A stretch of 64,000 nt of DNA from contig CAWCXQ010000011.1 of the NCBI GenBank assembly GCA_963799675.1, forward strand, positions 21,043 to 85,042, read 5' to 3'. The notes beneath the pieces were generated by a model. The model made no database searches. It was given only the letters and a program-made list of their open reading frames with translations, and was not told the DNA's origin. Made by a program: the position numbers and the translations under genes. This document shows, in pieces, positions 33,184 to 42,958 of this stretch; within the stretch, counting starts at the first letter, position 1; each line of letters begins with the position of its first letter. Source of the DNA: an uncultured Chloroflexia bacterium. GTDB lineage: Bacteria; Chloroflexota; Limnocylindria; QHBO01.

Positions 33184-34174
33184 TCAGTGGACCTTTGTGC
33201 GGGGGTCCGGCTGTGGGTGCGCCTTGACGAACGCCGCGAAGTCCTCGCGCGAGGCCTCGTCGAGCTTTGGCAGGACGACCCGCGCCCGCACGAGGAGGTC
33301 GCCCTTCTCGCCGCCGCGCTTGGGCAACCCGCGCCCGGCGAGCCGGATCTCCTGCCCGTTCTGCGTGTTGGGGCGGACGCGCAGCTTCACCTTGCCGGTG
33401 GGGGTGGGAACGGCGACGTCGCCGCCCAGCAGTGCTTCCTCCAGCGAGATCGGAAGCTCAGTCCGAATGTCCGCCCCGACGCGCTCGAAGCGCGGATCCG
33501 GCTTCACCCTCACGGTGAGGTACAGGTCGCCGCTCGTCCCGTTGCCGCTCATCCCGCCGCCACGCAGCTTGATTCGCGCGCCATCCGCCACACCGGCAGG
33601 GATCTTCACCTGCAGGCGCCGGCCGCCGATGTCGACCATTCGCTCCGTGCCGCGGGCCACTTCGGCGAGCGTCAGCTCGGCCTCGGCCCGGACGTCCGCC
33701 GCCGGCGCCCGAGATTGCTGCCGGCCCCCGAGACTGCCGAGGTCCCCGAAGTCAAAGATCGCTTCCTGGCCACCGGCGCCCCCGAATCCCTGGCCGCCTG
33801 CCCCGCCGAAGAACTCACGGAAGAAGTCGCTGAAGCCACCGACCTCATCCGCGTTCACCCGCCGGTAGGTCCAGCGCGTGCCGCCGGGGGCGCCACCGAA
33901 GTTGGCCCAGTCGCTGGCGCCGGCACCCGAGAAGTCGGCGTTGTGCATAGGCCTGCCAGTTAGCCCCCAGCTCGTCGTAGCGCTTGCGCTTCTCCGGGTC
34001 GAGCAGGACCGCCTGGGCCTCGTTGACATCCTTGAATCGCTTCTCGGCTGAGGCGTCGGCAGGGTTGCGGTCGGGATGGAGCTCCCGCGCCAGGCGTCGG
34101 TAGGCCTTCTTGATCTCGCCCGCCGACGCCGTCTTCGGAACGCCAAGGACCTCGTAGTAGTCCTTGTACTCCAT
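33184..34174 (-). pseudogene. J-domain co-chaperone, CbpA/DnaJ class II-like, no zinc finger (one frame break ~33945 as assembled)
   Basis: J domain '[34 protein letters not shown]' (ORF 33845..34174). G/F-rich linker and C-terminal substrate-binding domains '[14 protein letters not shown]...[17 protein letters not shown]...' (ORF 33184..34266). Confidence 0.88.
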
Positions 34175-34186
34175 CTCGACTGCGGC

Positions 34187-36709
34187 TCAGGCGGTGCCGG
34201 CCGCCGGCTGATCCACGTCCGCCGGCTTGTTGGTCGCCGCGATGGGCGCCTCCTGCTTCGGCGCACGCCGCCGGGTCGCCCGGCGTCCGACGCGCTGCTG
34301 GCGCTCCGCGCGCTCGGCCTTGATCCGGGTGGCCGGCCTCGCGCTGTCGATCAGCGCTTCGGCGAGCACCTCGTCCATCGTCTCGACCGGCACGATGCGC
34401 AGCTGGGTGCGCACCTCCTCTGGCACATCGACGAGATCCTTCTCGTTGCGCCGCGGGATGAGCACCGTCTTGACGCCCGCCAGGTGCGCGGCCAGCAGCT
34501 TCGACTTCAGGCCCCCGATCGGCAGGACACGTCCGCGCAGCGTGATCTCGCCGGTCATCGCCAGGTCGCGGCGCACGGGTCGTTCCGTCAGCAGTGACGC
34601 CATGGCGGTGGCCATCGTGACACCGGCTGACGGACCGTCCTTTGGCGTGGCACCCGCGGGGACATGGATGTGGAGGGTCTGCTTCTCGAAGACGGACGGG
34701 TCGATCCCGAGCTCCTTCGTCCGCGCTCGGATGTACGACATCCCGGCACGCGCCGACTCCTTCATGACGTCGCCCAGCTGGCCGGTGAGGATGAACTCGT
34801 CCTTGCCGTCCATCTTCGTCGCCTCGACCTGGACGATGTCACCGCCCGCGTCGCTGACGACCAATCCGGTGGCCATGCCGACCTGGTCCTCGGCGTCCAG
34901 CTCCCCGTAATCGAAGCGAGCCGGACCCAGGTAGGTCTCAAGGTCCTCCGGCTTGACGACAACCTTGACCGACGCGTCGGCGGCGACCCGTCGCGCCACC
35001 TTGCGCGCTACGTTGGCGATCTCGCGCTCCATATTGCGGACCCCGGCCTCATGGGTGAAGGCCTGGATGAGGCGGACGAGCGCTTCCTCGCTGATCTCGA
35101 GCTGCTCGGCAGTAAGGCCGTGGTTCTCGAGCTGCTTGGGCATCAGGAAACGCTGGGCGATGCGCAGCCGCTCGAGCTGCGTGTAGCCAGGCAGCTGGAT
35201 GATCTCCATCCGGTCGCGCAGGGCGGGTGGGATCGTGTCGACCATGTTCGCCGTGGCGATAAAGAGAACCCGCGACAGGTCGAACGGTACCTCAAGGTAG
35301 TTGTCCTGGAAGCTGTTGTTCTGCTCCGGGTCGAGCACCTCCAGCAGCGCCGATGACGGATCGCCGCGGAAGTCCATGCCGACCTTGTCGATCTCATCGA
35401 GCATGAAGACCGGATTCGCGCTTCCCGCCGTCTTGATGCTCTGGATGACGCGGCCGGGGAGCGCGCCGATGTAGGTGCGCCGGTGCCCGCGGATCTCGGC
35501 CTCGTCGTGGATGCCGCCGAGGCTCATCCGCACGAACTTGCGGCCCATCGCACGGGCGATGCTCTTTCCGAGGCTCGTCTTGCCAACGCCGGGCGGTCCG
35601 ACGAAGAGGAGGATCGGTGAGCGGATCTTCTCGGCAAGCTTGCGCACCGCCATGTACTCAAGGATCCGCTCCTTGGGCTTCTCCAGTCCGTAGTGGTCCT
35701 CGTTGAGGACCTTCTCCGACTCGTCGAGGTCCAGGTTGTCATCGGTCTGGACGCCCCATGGCAGGCTCACCAGCCAATCGACGTAGGTGCGAATGACACC
35801 CTGCTCCGGGCTGGCGCTTGGAATCCGGGACAGACGGTCGACCTCTTTGAGGGCCTTCTCCTTGACCTCGTCCGGCATGGCCGACGCCTCGACTCGCTCG
35901 CGCAGCTCGCTCGCCTCCGCCACCGCGGGATCGTCCTCGCCGAGCTCCTTCTGAATGGCCTTCATCTGCTCGCGCAGGATGTACTCGCGCTGGGTCTTGT
36001 CCATCTCGGACTTGACCTCGCTCTGGATACGGCCCTTGAGCTCAAGCACTTCGATCTGCTTGGCCAGGAACTGGCTCACCAGGCGCAGCCGCTCCGGGAC
36101 GTTGACCGTCTCGAGCAGCTCCTGTCGCTGCTCGGTCGTCATGTCCGGGCTGTAGGCCACCATGTCGGCGAGCAACCCGCCGTCGCTGATGTTCCGCGCG
36201 GCGACGGCCACTTCCGGCGGCACTGAAGCGCCCGACGTGACGTACTGCTCGATCTGCCCTTGGACCGATGCCATCAGGGCCTCGACCTCGAGGGTCTTGG
36301 CATCGTCATCGTCGACCAGCTCGATGCGGGCCTCGAGATGCGGGTCGGTCTGGACAAGGTCGAGCAGCCGAACGCGACGCTGGCCCTGCACGATGGCTCG
36401 AATGGTTCCGTCCTGCAGGCGGATCACCTGGGCGATCTTGGCGAGGGTGCCGATCGTGTACAGCTCGTCGACGTGCTGTACCTCCTCGGTCTCGTTCGAG
36501 CGCTGGGTGATCAGCGCGACCGGCTGGGACGTGCGGACCGCCCGGTCGAGCGCTCGTACGCTGCGGTCCCGTCCAACCTGCAACGGAACGATCATCTCGG
36601 GGAAGATCACCGTGTCTCGCAGGGCAACGAGCGGCAGCACCTGGACACGCTCCAGGTTCTCGCTCGGGGTTTCGTTCTCGTTGTTGGTCTCGTCTTCCAC
36701 TTGGTTCAC
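34187..36709 (-). CDS. lon: Endopeptidase La (Lon protease)
   Basis: Intact 840 aa. LON N-domain '[23 protein letters not shown]', Walker A '[15 protein letters not shown]', protease motif '[17 protein letters not shown]'. Confidence 0.97.
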   Translation of the reverse strand: MNQVEDETNNENETPSENLERVQVLPLVALRDTVIFPEMIVPLQVGRDRSVRALDRAVRTSQPVALITQRSNETEEVQHVDELYTIGTLAKIAQVIRLQDGTIRAIVQGQRRVRLLDLVQTDPHLEARIELVDDDDAKTLEVEALMASVQGQIEQYVTSGASVPPEVAVAARNISDGGLLADMVAYSPDMTTEQRQELLETVNVPERLRLVSQFLAKQIEVLELKGRIQSEVKSEMDKTQREYILREQMKAIQKELGEDDPAVAEASELRERVEASAMPDEVKEKALKEVDRLSRIPSASPEQGVIRTYVDWLVSLPWGVQTDDNLDLDESEKVLNEDHYGLEKPKERILEYMAVRKLAEKIRSPILLFVGPPGVGKTSLGKSIARAMGRKFVRMSLGGIHDEAEIRGHRRTYIGALPGRVIQSIKTAGSANPVFMLDEIDKVGMDFRGDPSSALLEVLDPEQNNSFQDNYLEVPFDLSRVLFIATANMVDTIPPALRDRMEIIQLPGYTQLERLRIAQRFLMPKQLENHGLTAEQLEISEEALVRLIQAFTHEAGVRNMEREIANVARKVARRVAADASVKVVVKPEDLETYLGPARFDYGELDAEDQVGMATGLVVSDAGGDIVQVEATKMDGKDEFILTGQLGDVMKESARAGMSYIRARTKELGIDPSVFEKQTLHIHVPAGATPKDGPSAGVTMATAMASLLTERPVRRDLAMTGEITLRGRVLPIGGLKSKLLAAHLAGVKTVLIPRRNEKDLVDVPEEVRTQLRIVPVETMDEVLAEALIDSARPATRIKAERAERQQRVGRRATRRRAPKQEAPIAATNKPADVDQPAAGTA

Positions 36710-37104
36710 GTGCTCCTTAGATCGAGGTCGTCGGCGGTTGCCTGCACGTCGTCCTCTGCGTCGGGTTCGACATCAGCTTCATCAAACAGCTCGTAGACCT
36801 GGATCTTGCCGAGCGCTTCCAATTGAAAGATGACTTTGACGCCCGCCAGGTTCACCCCCTGGCGTCGGGTGAGAAAGCGGATGACGCGCACCCGCTCGAT
36901 ATCGGCCTCCGAGTAGAGGCGCAGATTGTTGCGACGATGGGGGCACAGGAGCCCCTCTTCTTCATAGATCCTCAGCGTCCGCGGATGGACGCTCGCCAGC
37001 TCAGCCGCGATGCTGATGAAATACCGGGGGCGCTCGAGATCCCGGCGGTCGGCATCGCGCACCAGCCGCCGAGTGCCGGTGACCTCACGCACTCGACGTG
37101 CCAT
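36706..37104 (-). CDS. hspR: MerR-family heat-shock repressor HspR
   Basis: '[62 protein letters not shown]'. First gene of the lon-cbpA-clpB string, with a HAIR-like operator upstream. Confidence 0.85.
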   Translation of the reverse strand: MARRVREVTGTRRLVRDADRRDLERPRYFISIAAELASVHPRTLRIYEEEGLLCPHRRNNLRLYSEADIERVRVIRFLTRRQGVNLAGVKVIFQLEALGKIQVYELFDEADVEPDAEDDVQATADDLDLRST

Positions 37105-37177
37105 CCCGGTTGGATGCCACGGTGCGCCGGCCGACCGGGTTCACGAACGAGTCTTCGAAAGGCCGATCCATCGCATG

Positions 37178-37206
37178 ACCATAATCATTGACAGTATCGT
37201 TGTCAA
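37178..37206 (-). promoter_or_regulatory. Sigma-70-type promoter (TTGACA-17-TATGGT) overlapping a perfect HAIR-like inverted repeat TTGACA-N7-TGTCAA
   Basis: Minus strand reads cTTGACAacgatacTGTCAAtgatTATGGT. The inverted repeat is at 37188..37206 and the -10 at 37178..37183, ~70 nt upstream of the hspR ATG, within a 127-nt intergenic gap. Confidence 0.7.
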
Positions 37207-37231
37207 GAGATGTGACAGAGCAACGGGAGGT

Positions 37232-37945
37232 CTAGGGCGTTTTCGCCTCGCGGATGACCTCGTCGATCCGCCACTGGCGCGCTCCGAGGTCGATTCCGAG
37301 AAGCGTCGGCGCACGGACGCTGGCGATCCGGATGTTGAGCAGATCACCCATGGAGACAGGCACCAGCTCGCTGCCTTCGAAGATCCCCAGGAACCGTGAC
37401 TGGCGCGGGACGTAACGGACCCGTTCCGCGAGCGCCACTGCATCCGTGGCGTCCTGGCTGATCAGCCTGACACGCACGCCCGGAACGTTGGACGACGCTG
37501 CGCAGGTGGCGGACGCAGAGAGCGCGGCGCACAGGCCGCCGTCTCGGACGAAGCGGTCCACCGCCGCAGCGGGCGACGCCGAGGTGGCAGCAACCAGCCA
37601 GAAGCCGGTCCCCCAGAGCAGCAGCGGCGCGCCGAGCCACGCGATCGCGGCCGCCGGCGAGCGGGCCGGGGTCGGCGCGATCGCGCTGTGGGTGCGCTGC
37701 GCGCGGCGGTAGGCCCAGATCGCCTGGACCGCCCAGATCGCGATGAAGCCGAGCCCCGCGAGGTACGGGACCAGGTACAGCGTCGTGTCCGCCAGGCTCA
37801 CCGTGAGGCCCGCGACGATGAGCACGCCGATCGCCTCCGCCAGCAGCCAGCCGATCCCCGCCGCGCGTCGACCGAGCGCGAGGTCCCCGAGCCCCCAGCC
37901 CGCGAGCGCGAGCCCGAACACGCGGCCGGGCGGCGCGGGGCTCAC
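37232..37945 (-). CDS. Hypothetical membrane protein (N-terminal TM helices + soluble C-terminal domain)
   Basis: Intact 237-aa ORF, stop-start overlap with the upstream trkA-like gene. No family recognised. Confidence 0.5.
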   Translation of the reverse strand: MSPAPPGRVFGLALAGWGLGDLALGRRAAGIGWLLAEAIGVLIVAGLTVSLADTTLYLVPYLAGLGFIAIWAVQAIWAYRRAQRTHSAIAPTPARSPAAAIAWLGAPLLLWGTGFWLVAATSASPAAAVDRFVRDGGLCAALSASATCAASSNVPGVRVRLISQDATDAVALAERVRYVPRQSRFLGIFEGSELVPVSMGDLLNIRIASVRAPTLLGIDLGARQWRIDEVIREAKTP

Positions 37946-38601
37946 TCGCCGATGAGGAGGGCTCGCAGCTCCGCCTCGCGCTCCGCGGAGGTCACCGCCA
38001 GCAGCTTGTCACCGCTTCGCAGGCGGGTATCCGGCCGGGTGGTCACCGCGTGCTCGTCGCGGATCAGGACCGCAATCGTGCTTCCCTCGGGGAGCTCCAG
38101 CTCGCGCAGCTCCTTCCCAACCGCCGGTGAGTCCGCGTCGATCTGGGCCTCGACGATCTGCAGCTCACCGCCCTCCAGCTCCGCGAGATGGAGCAGGTCG
38201 TGAATCGGGATATCGTGCTCGATCACGCCCAGGATGCTGCGCGTCGGACTGACCGTCTCGTCGATCGCCAGCTGCCGGAACAGCTTCTCGTTCTTCGGAT
38301 CGTTGACGCGGGCGATGGCACGCGGGACGTTGAAACGCATCTTGGCGACCTGGCAGGCGGCAAGGTTCACCGCGTCGTCGCCGGTGACGGCGGCCACCAC
38401 GTCCGCGCGCCCCATGCCGGCCTCCGCCTGGTAGCGCCCCTCGCAGCCGTCGTTCGCGACCACGATGCTGCCCAGCTCGTCGGCGATCTGCCGCGCGCGG
38501 CGCGGCTCCTCCTCGATCATCACCACCTCGTGCCCTGCGACCAGCAGCTCCTTGGTGAGGTAGTAGCCGACGTTGCCTCCGCCGATGACGACGACGTACA
38601 C
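37942..38601 (-). CDS. trkA: TrkA/KtrA-type K+ uptake regulatory protein (TrkA-N + TrkA-C)
   Basis: 'MYVVVIGGGNVGYYLTKELLVAGHEVVMIEEEP' is a Rossmann fold. C-terminal 'VGKELRELELPEGSTIAVLIRD...RLRSGDKLLAV' is TrkA-C. Confidence 0.85.
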   Translation of the reverse strand: MYVVVIGGGNVGYYLTKELLVAGHEVVMIEEEPRRARQIADELGSIVVANDGCEGRYQAEAGMGRADVVAAVTGDDAVNLAACQVAKMRFNVPRAIARVNDPKNEKLFRQLAIDETVSPTRSILGVIEHDIPIHDLLHLAELEGGELQIVEAQIDADSPAVGKELRELELPEGSTIAVLIRDEHAVTTRPDTRLRSGDKLLAVTSAEREAELRALLIGE

Positions 38602-38603
38602 GA

Positions 38604-39146
38604 CTACTCTGCCGCCGGAGTCTGATCGCGCTCCGCGGCGATCGCTGCCTGCGCGTGGTCCTCGGCCTGGGTGCCGGCCGGTGGCGCGCCGCGCAGGGGT
38701 TCCGCCGTGGCAGCCTGCACGAAGCTGTCGGCGGTCGCCTCGAAGCCGTGCTCGGCCGCCTCGACGAGCGCATCAGCCAGGATCACGGTGCGGCAGATCG
38801 TCTCCAGGCCAAGGGCGCGGTACGCCTCGGCGCGAAGCGGATCATTGATCTTGGCGATCACCCGGGGGACTCCGAAGCTGTGCTTCCCCAGCTGCGCCGC
38901 CAATGCGTTGCGGTTGTCGCCCTCGGTCATGGCCATGAGCAAGTCCGCCTGTTCTGTGCGCGCGCCTCGGAGCACGTCCTCATCGGTCCCGTTGCCGCGC
39001 ACCGTCTCGCCACCGAAGCTGGCGGGAAGCCGGTTGAAGGCGTGAGGGTTCACGTCGACGACCGTGACCTCGTGGCCGCGTGCGTCGAGCTCGACCGCCG
39101 TCCGGGCTCCGACGCGGCCGCAGCCGATGATGAGCACTCTGGTCAT
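38604..39146 (-). CDS. TrkA-N (RCK N-terminal) domain protein
   Basis: Internal ATG 39146: 'MTRVLIIGCGRVGARTAVELDARGHEVTVVDVNP...ADLLMAMTEGDNRNALAAQL'. Confidence 0.8.
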   Translation of the reverse strand: MTRVLIIGCGRVGARTAVELDARGHEVTVVDVNPHAFNRLPASFGGETVRGNGTDEDVLRGARTEQADLLMAMTEGDNRNALAAQLGKHSFGVPRVIAKINDPLRAEAYRALGLETICRTVILADALVEAAEHGFEATADSFVQAATAEPLRGAPPAGTQAEDHAQAAIAAERDQTPAAE

Positions 39147-39628
39147 GGTGTCTGAGCCAGCTCCTTCGTCTCCGCCCGCAAGCACCACACCGGTGCGGTC
39201 GAGTTGCGCATCACGTAGGGGACCGTCCGTCCGGCGTCCCACTGGCCGCCGAAACGCTTCTTGTAGCGTAGCCCCATCAGGATCAGGTCGGCGTCAAACT
39301 CGTTCGCGTCGTCGACGATCGCCGCTCCGGCGGCTCGCGCCTGCACGGTCGAGGTCCGCACAGCGATCTTCTGCTCCTCCAGGAACTGCTCCGCGGTTCG
39401 GAGAATCTGCTCTGCGCGTGCCAGGGACGTGTCGTCCTGCATGTCCAGCTGACGGTCGAAGGGCACCTCGATGACATGCAGCAGCGATGCCTCGCCGACG
39501 TGGCCGCCGAGGAGCATGGCGGCAAGCTTCAGCGCCGGGGTATCGACGTCGCCGCCGGAGAGCGGCAGCAGGATCCGGTCGAAGGCGAGCAGCCCGCCCG
39601 GCTTCTCTGGGCGACGGCGAAAGACCAT
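39143..39628 (-). CDS. Universal stress protein family
   Basis: 'ILLPLSGGDVDTPALKLA', 'AAGAAIVDDANEFDADLILMGLRYKKRFGG...GRTVPYVMRNSTAPVWCL'. Confidence 0.8.
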   Translation of the reverse strand: MVFRRRPEKPGGLLAFDRILLPLSGGDVDTPALKLAAMLLGGHVGEASLLHVIEVPFDRQLDMQDDTSLARAEQILRTAEQFLEEQKIAVRTSTVQARAAGAAIVDDANEFDADLILMGLRYKKRFGGQWDAGRTVPYVMRNSTAPVWCLRAETKELAQTP

Positions 39629-39651
39629 AGCGGCGGTATCCTAACCCGCCG

Positions 39652-40375
39652 TCATCGGCCGTAGGCCAGGCGCTCAGCGAGCCGCGGCGGCAGGTCCGCG
39701 TCCTGGATCAGGCGCTGTGTGCGCTCGACCTCGTACGCGACGCGACCGGAACTCGACGCTGCCACTCTCCGGATCCAGGAGGAGATACGACGCCGCGGGA
39801 TTCCCATCGCGTGGCTGCCCGACGCTGCCGGGGTTGATGAGGCACCGCTGGCCGTCGAGCATGATCGGCTCGCGGGGCGCTGCCCGGACCGTCTCGACCT
39901 CTCCCTCGCCGGCGCGAAACACGATCGGCAGGTGCGTATGTCCGAAGAGGCAGAGCTTCGTCTCGAACGCGCCGAGATTCTCGGCGGCCACCGAGGCCGA
40001 GACGATGTACTCCCAGACCGGGTCGCGCGGGGAGCCGTGCACTGCGGTCAGCTCCCCGTCGCAGCGGACCTCGGGCAGCGTCGCCAGGTAGGCGCGCGAG
40101 TTGTCGTCGATCACGGTGGCGGTCCAGGCGATCGCCTTCGCGGCCTCCGGATTGAAGTCACGCGGGTCGACCGTGCCGATTGCGGCTCCGTCGTGGTTGC
40201 CCAGCACGGAACGAGCCCCCATCGCCTGGAGGCTGCGAATCACCTCGTTGGGTTGCGGGCCATAGCCGACGATGTCGCCGAGCGCCCACACCTCGTCGAT
40301 GGCCGGGAGGTCGTTCTGGACCGCTTCGAGCGCGGCGAGATTGCTATGGATGTCCGACAGGACAGCGATGCGCAT
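39652..40375 (-). pseudogene. Metallophosphoesterase (YfcE/MJ0936-like); one frame break ~39745 as assembled
   Basis: 'MRIAVLSDIHSNLAALEAV', 'ALGDIVGYGPQPNEV', 'LGNHD', 'LFGHTH'. C-terminus 'VAYEVERTQRLIQDADLPPRLAERLAYGR*' is in another frame (own translation). The 724-nt span is not a multiple of 3. Confidence 0.8.
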
Positions 40376-40406
40376 GGGCTGCCGAGTATACCGATGCGCC
40401 CCGGCC

Positions 40407-41132
40407 TCAACCGAGCGGACGGCGGGCCGGCTCGCCCGCTCGCCGGGGGAAGCGTGGCGGCGTGGGAGTGAGCTTGTCGATCGTCACGAAGCGGTGGCCG
40501 CCCAATGCCGCATGTCCCGCGTCGACCAGGCGCGGCTCTCCGCCACCGAGCAGCCGCGAAACACCGTTGCCCGCACGCACCTCTGGGTCGTCCTCAGCCA
40601 GTGGCCCCTTCCAGGCGAGCAGCTGGCCGCCCGGCTTCAGCAGCGGCAGAGCCAGCTCGACAAGCACGGGGAGCGGGGCGCATGCACGGGCAGTGACGAC
40701 GTCGTAGCGCTCGCGATGGGCCGCATCTCGTCCGAGCGTCTCCACGCGCTCGGCGCGGACGCTCACGTTCTCGAGGCTCAGCCGATCGGCGAATCCCGAC
40801 AGAATCGCGGCCTTCTTGCCCACCGAGTCGACGAGGGTCCAGGCGATCCCCGGCCGCGCGATCGCCAGCGCCAGCCCCGGAACCCCGCCGCCGGAGCCCA
40901 GGTCGACGGCGCGCGTCGGCCCGAGCGCATCGAGCAGGGGAAGCGCGGCCAGCGCGTCGAGCAGGTGGAGGCGAGCGATCGCCTCCGGCTCGACCACGCG
41001 TGTCAGGTTGATCCGCGCGTTTGCCTCGAGAAGCAGCGCGACGTACTGCTCGAGGACGTCGAAGAAGGCCTCTCTGGGCCAGAGGCGTTCCAGCGCCAGG
41101 CGCGCGGCGTGCGCGGCATCGGCGGATGACAA
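40407..41132 (-). CDS. rsmG: 16S rRNA (guanine527-N7)-methyltransferase
   Basis: 'NLTRVVEPEAIARLHLLDAL', 'AVDLGSGGGVPGLALAIARP', 'LVDSVGKKAAIL', 'YDVVTARACAPLPVLVELALPLLKPGGQLLAWKG'. Confidence 0.88.
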   Translation of the reverse strand: MSSADAAHAARLALERLWPREAFFDVLEQYVALLLEANARINLTRVVEPEAIARLHLLDALAALPLLDALGPTRAVDLGSGGGVPGLALAIARPGIAWTLVDSVGKKAAILSGFADRLSLENVSVRAERVETLGRDAAHRERYDVVTARACAPLPVLVELALPLLKPGGQLLAWKGPLAEDDPEVRAGNGVSRLLGGGEPRLVDAGHAALGGHRFVTIDKLTPTPPRFPRRAGEPARRPLG

Positions 41133-41291
41133 GAAAATGCTCCCGCGGCGGCCTTTCGGTCTTCCCGGTGACGGGCGGTGTCGCGGCCGGCTCTCGCATC
41201 GGCCCCGCGCAGTCAGCAGTTACCGTACTCGGTCGCCGCCAGAAGCAGGAAGACCACCGTAGCAGGATGGCTTGGACGGGGCCAAGGCCCT

Positions 41292-41332
41292 TTATCCACC
41301 AAGTCTGCGGAAAGCGTCCGACCTGTGGATAA
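41292..41332. promoter_or_regulatory. Pair of inverted DnaA-box matches
   Basis: TTATCCACC (41292-41300, 8/9 to TTATCCACA) and TGTGGATAA (41324-41332, a perfect complement). TATACT lies at 41343-41348. Confidence 0.5.
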
Positions 41333-41409
41333 GTCCCGAGTCTATACTCGTTTTCCATGGGACCGACCGCCCCACCCGGGCGTACGATCGAGGGCACGTG
41401 GCGACGGTC

Positions 41410-41784
41410 ATGATGCAATTGCCACGCCGTTTCGCTCACGAGAGCGAGGCGGAGCTGGCAAGGATCCTCGACTACTACGGGGTCCCATGGCAATACGAAC
41501 CCGACCTCTTCCCCATCTCCTGGAACGTCAGCGGCGCGGTCGTCGAGTCGTTCGCGCCCGATTTTTTCCTGCCCGAGGTGGGCCTCTACATCGAGCTGAC
41601 GACGCTCAAGCAGTCCCTCGTCCGGAAGAAGAACCGCAAGCTCCGGCTTCTCCGTCAGCTCTATCCGGAGATCCGCGTGAAGCTCTTCTACGCGCGTGAC
41701 TTCAAGGCGCTGATGCTCAAATACGGACGCCTCGACTTCCTGACCGATGTCGCCGCCGCCAACGGCGCCGGCGCGGTCCGATGA
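41410..41784 (+). CDS. Conserved-looking hypothetical protein, translationally coupled to hpt (possible nuclease-like fold, unassigned)
   Basis: MMQLPRRFAHESEAELARILDYYGVPWQYEPDLF...FAPDFFLPEVGLYIELTTLKQS...KLRLLRQLYPEIRVKLFYARDF. Stop overlaps the hpt ATG (ATGA at 41781-41784). Start chosen at ATG 41410 within ORF 41272..41784. Confidence 0.5.
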   Translation: MMQLPRRFAHESEAELARILDYYGVPWQYEPDLFPISWNVSGAVVESFAPDFFLPEVGLYIELTTLKQSLVRKKNRKLRLLRQLYPEIRVKLFYARDFKALMLKYGRLDFLTDVAAANGAGAVR

Positions 41785-42365
41785 CCGGCACGGCGGGCGC
41801 GGTGGCACGCTCGATCCACGAGGACGTGGAGGAGATCCTGCTGACCGGAGATGAGATCTCGGCCCGGGTTGGCGACCTCGGGGCACAGCTCGCAGCGGAC
41901 TACGCCGGCCGCACGCCGGTGCTCGTGAGCGTGCTGAAGGGCTCGATCGTCTTCCTCGCAGACCTGATCCGCGCCATGGACGTCCCGCTCAACGTCGACC
42001 TGATGGAGGTGAGCAGCTACGGCTCCGCCACGGAGTCGAGCGGACAGGTCCGGATCCTGAAGGATCTGAGCAGCTCGATCGAGGGTCGTGACGTCGTCGT
42101 GGTCGAGGACATCATCGACACCGGCCTCACCCTCAACTACCTGCTTCGCTATCTCGCCGAACGGCACCCGGCATCTGTGCGCGTCTGCTGCCTGCTCGAC
42201 AAGCCAGCGCGTCGGTTGGCGGAGATCGAGATCGACTACCGCGGGTTCACCATTCCGGACCGTTTCGTGATCGGCTACGGGCTCGACTACGACGAGCGCT
42301 ACCGGAACCTGCCGTACGTCGGGGTGCTGCGGCCCTCGATCTACGGAGCGGGCCCGACCGAGTAG
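41781..42365 (+). CDS. hpt: Hypoxanthine phosphoribosyltransferase
   Basis: 'VLVSVLKGSIVFLADLIRAM', 'VVVVEDIIDTGLTLNYL', 'LLDKPARR', 'VIGYGLDYDERYRNLPYV'. Confidence 0.93.
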   Translation: MTGTAGAVARSIHEDVEEILLTGDEISARVGDLGAQLAADYAGRTPVLVSVLKGSIVFLADLIRAMDVPLNVDLMEVSSYGSATESSGQVRILKDLSSSIEGRDVVVVEDIIDTGLTLNYLLRYLAERHPASVRVCCLLDKPARRLAEIEIDYRGFTIPDRFVIGYGLDYDERYRNLPYVGVLRPSIYGAGPTE

Positions 42366-42371
42366 CGCGTC

Positions 42372-42800
42372 GTGGGCGAGCGGTCGGGCCGCTTCCGACT
42401 GCTGATCCTGCTGGGCAGCCTGGCGATGATCGGCGCCGGTTTCCTGCCGTGGTGGCGCGCTGGAGGCGAGTCAGTGGCTGGCGTGACCGTCCCGGCCGCG
42501 AGCGGGATCGGGCTCGAGGGCCCCGGCGTGGTGATCTACGGCGCCGCCCTGGCCGCGCTGGTCCTGCTCGACATCGGCTATATGCGGGGGCAGTGGGGAT
42601 TCCTGCTCGACGCTCCTGCCGTCTACCTGCTGATCGGCCTGATCGCGGGCGCCGCCCTTGCCTACCGTGCCTGGGAGCTGTGGTCGGTGAACTACCTGCC
42701 GGTCCCGGATCGGTCGCCGGGCCTGGCGCTCGCCGCCGTCGGCGTCGCCCTCGTCCTGTATGGGGCGGGGACCGGATTCGGGGAGCCGCGTCGGAGCTGA
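42372..42800 (+). CDS. Hypothetical membrane protein (4 predicted TM helices)
   Basis: Intact 142-aa ORF with a GTG start. Hydrophobic segments 'LLILLGSLAMIGAGFLPWW', 'VVIYGAALAALVLL', 'VYLLIGLIAGAALAY', 'LALAAVGVALVLY'. Confidence 0.5.
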   Translation: MGERSGRFRLLILLGSLAMIGAGFLPWWRAGGESVAGVTVPAASGIGLEGPGVVIYGAALAALVLLDIGYMRGQWGFLLDAPAVYLLIGLIAGAALAYRAWELWSVNYLPVPDRSPGLALAAVGVALVLYGAGTGFGEPRRS

Positions 42801-42814
42801 CCTCGCGCGCGTCG

Positions 42815-42952
42815 CTAGCGGACGGGCGGCAGCAGGACCGGCGAGAGCAGGAGCCAGCCCACCAGGACGGCCAGCAGCAGCAGGCCAAGGATCAGCATCG
42901 GTCGCAGGTCCGGGCGATAGTCACGGGGCGGTCGCGGTGGCTCGCCGGGCAC
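42815..42952 (-). CDS. Possible small Pro-rich/TM peptide downstream of livF (27-45 aa)
   Basis: Own translation: (VPGEPPRPPRDYRPDLRP)MLILGLLLLAVLVGWLLLSPVLLPPVR*. No clear RBS. Below the track cutoff. Confidence 0.25.
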   Translation of the reverse strand: MPGEPPRPPRDYRPDLRPMLILGLLLLAVLVGWLLLSPVLLPPVR

Positions 42953-42958
42953 GGGCGG

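Noticed and set aside
41133-41409. Calling this region the chromosomal origin (oriC)
   Set aside because: Only two DnaA boxes, no clear AT-rich DUE, and no dnaA/dnaN/parAB nearby. It is kept as a lower-key DnaA-box finding.
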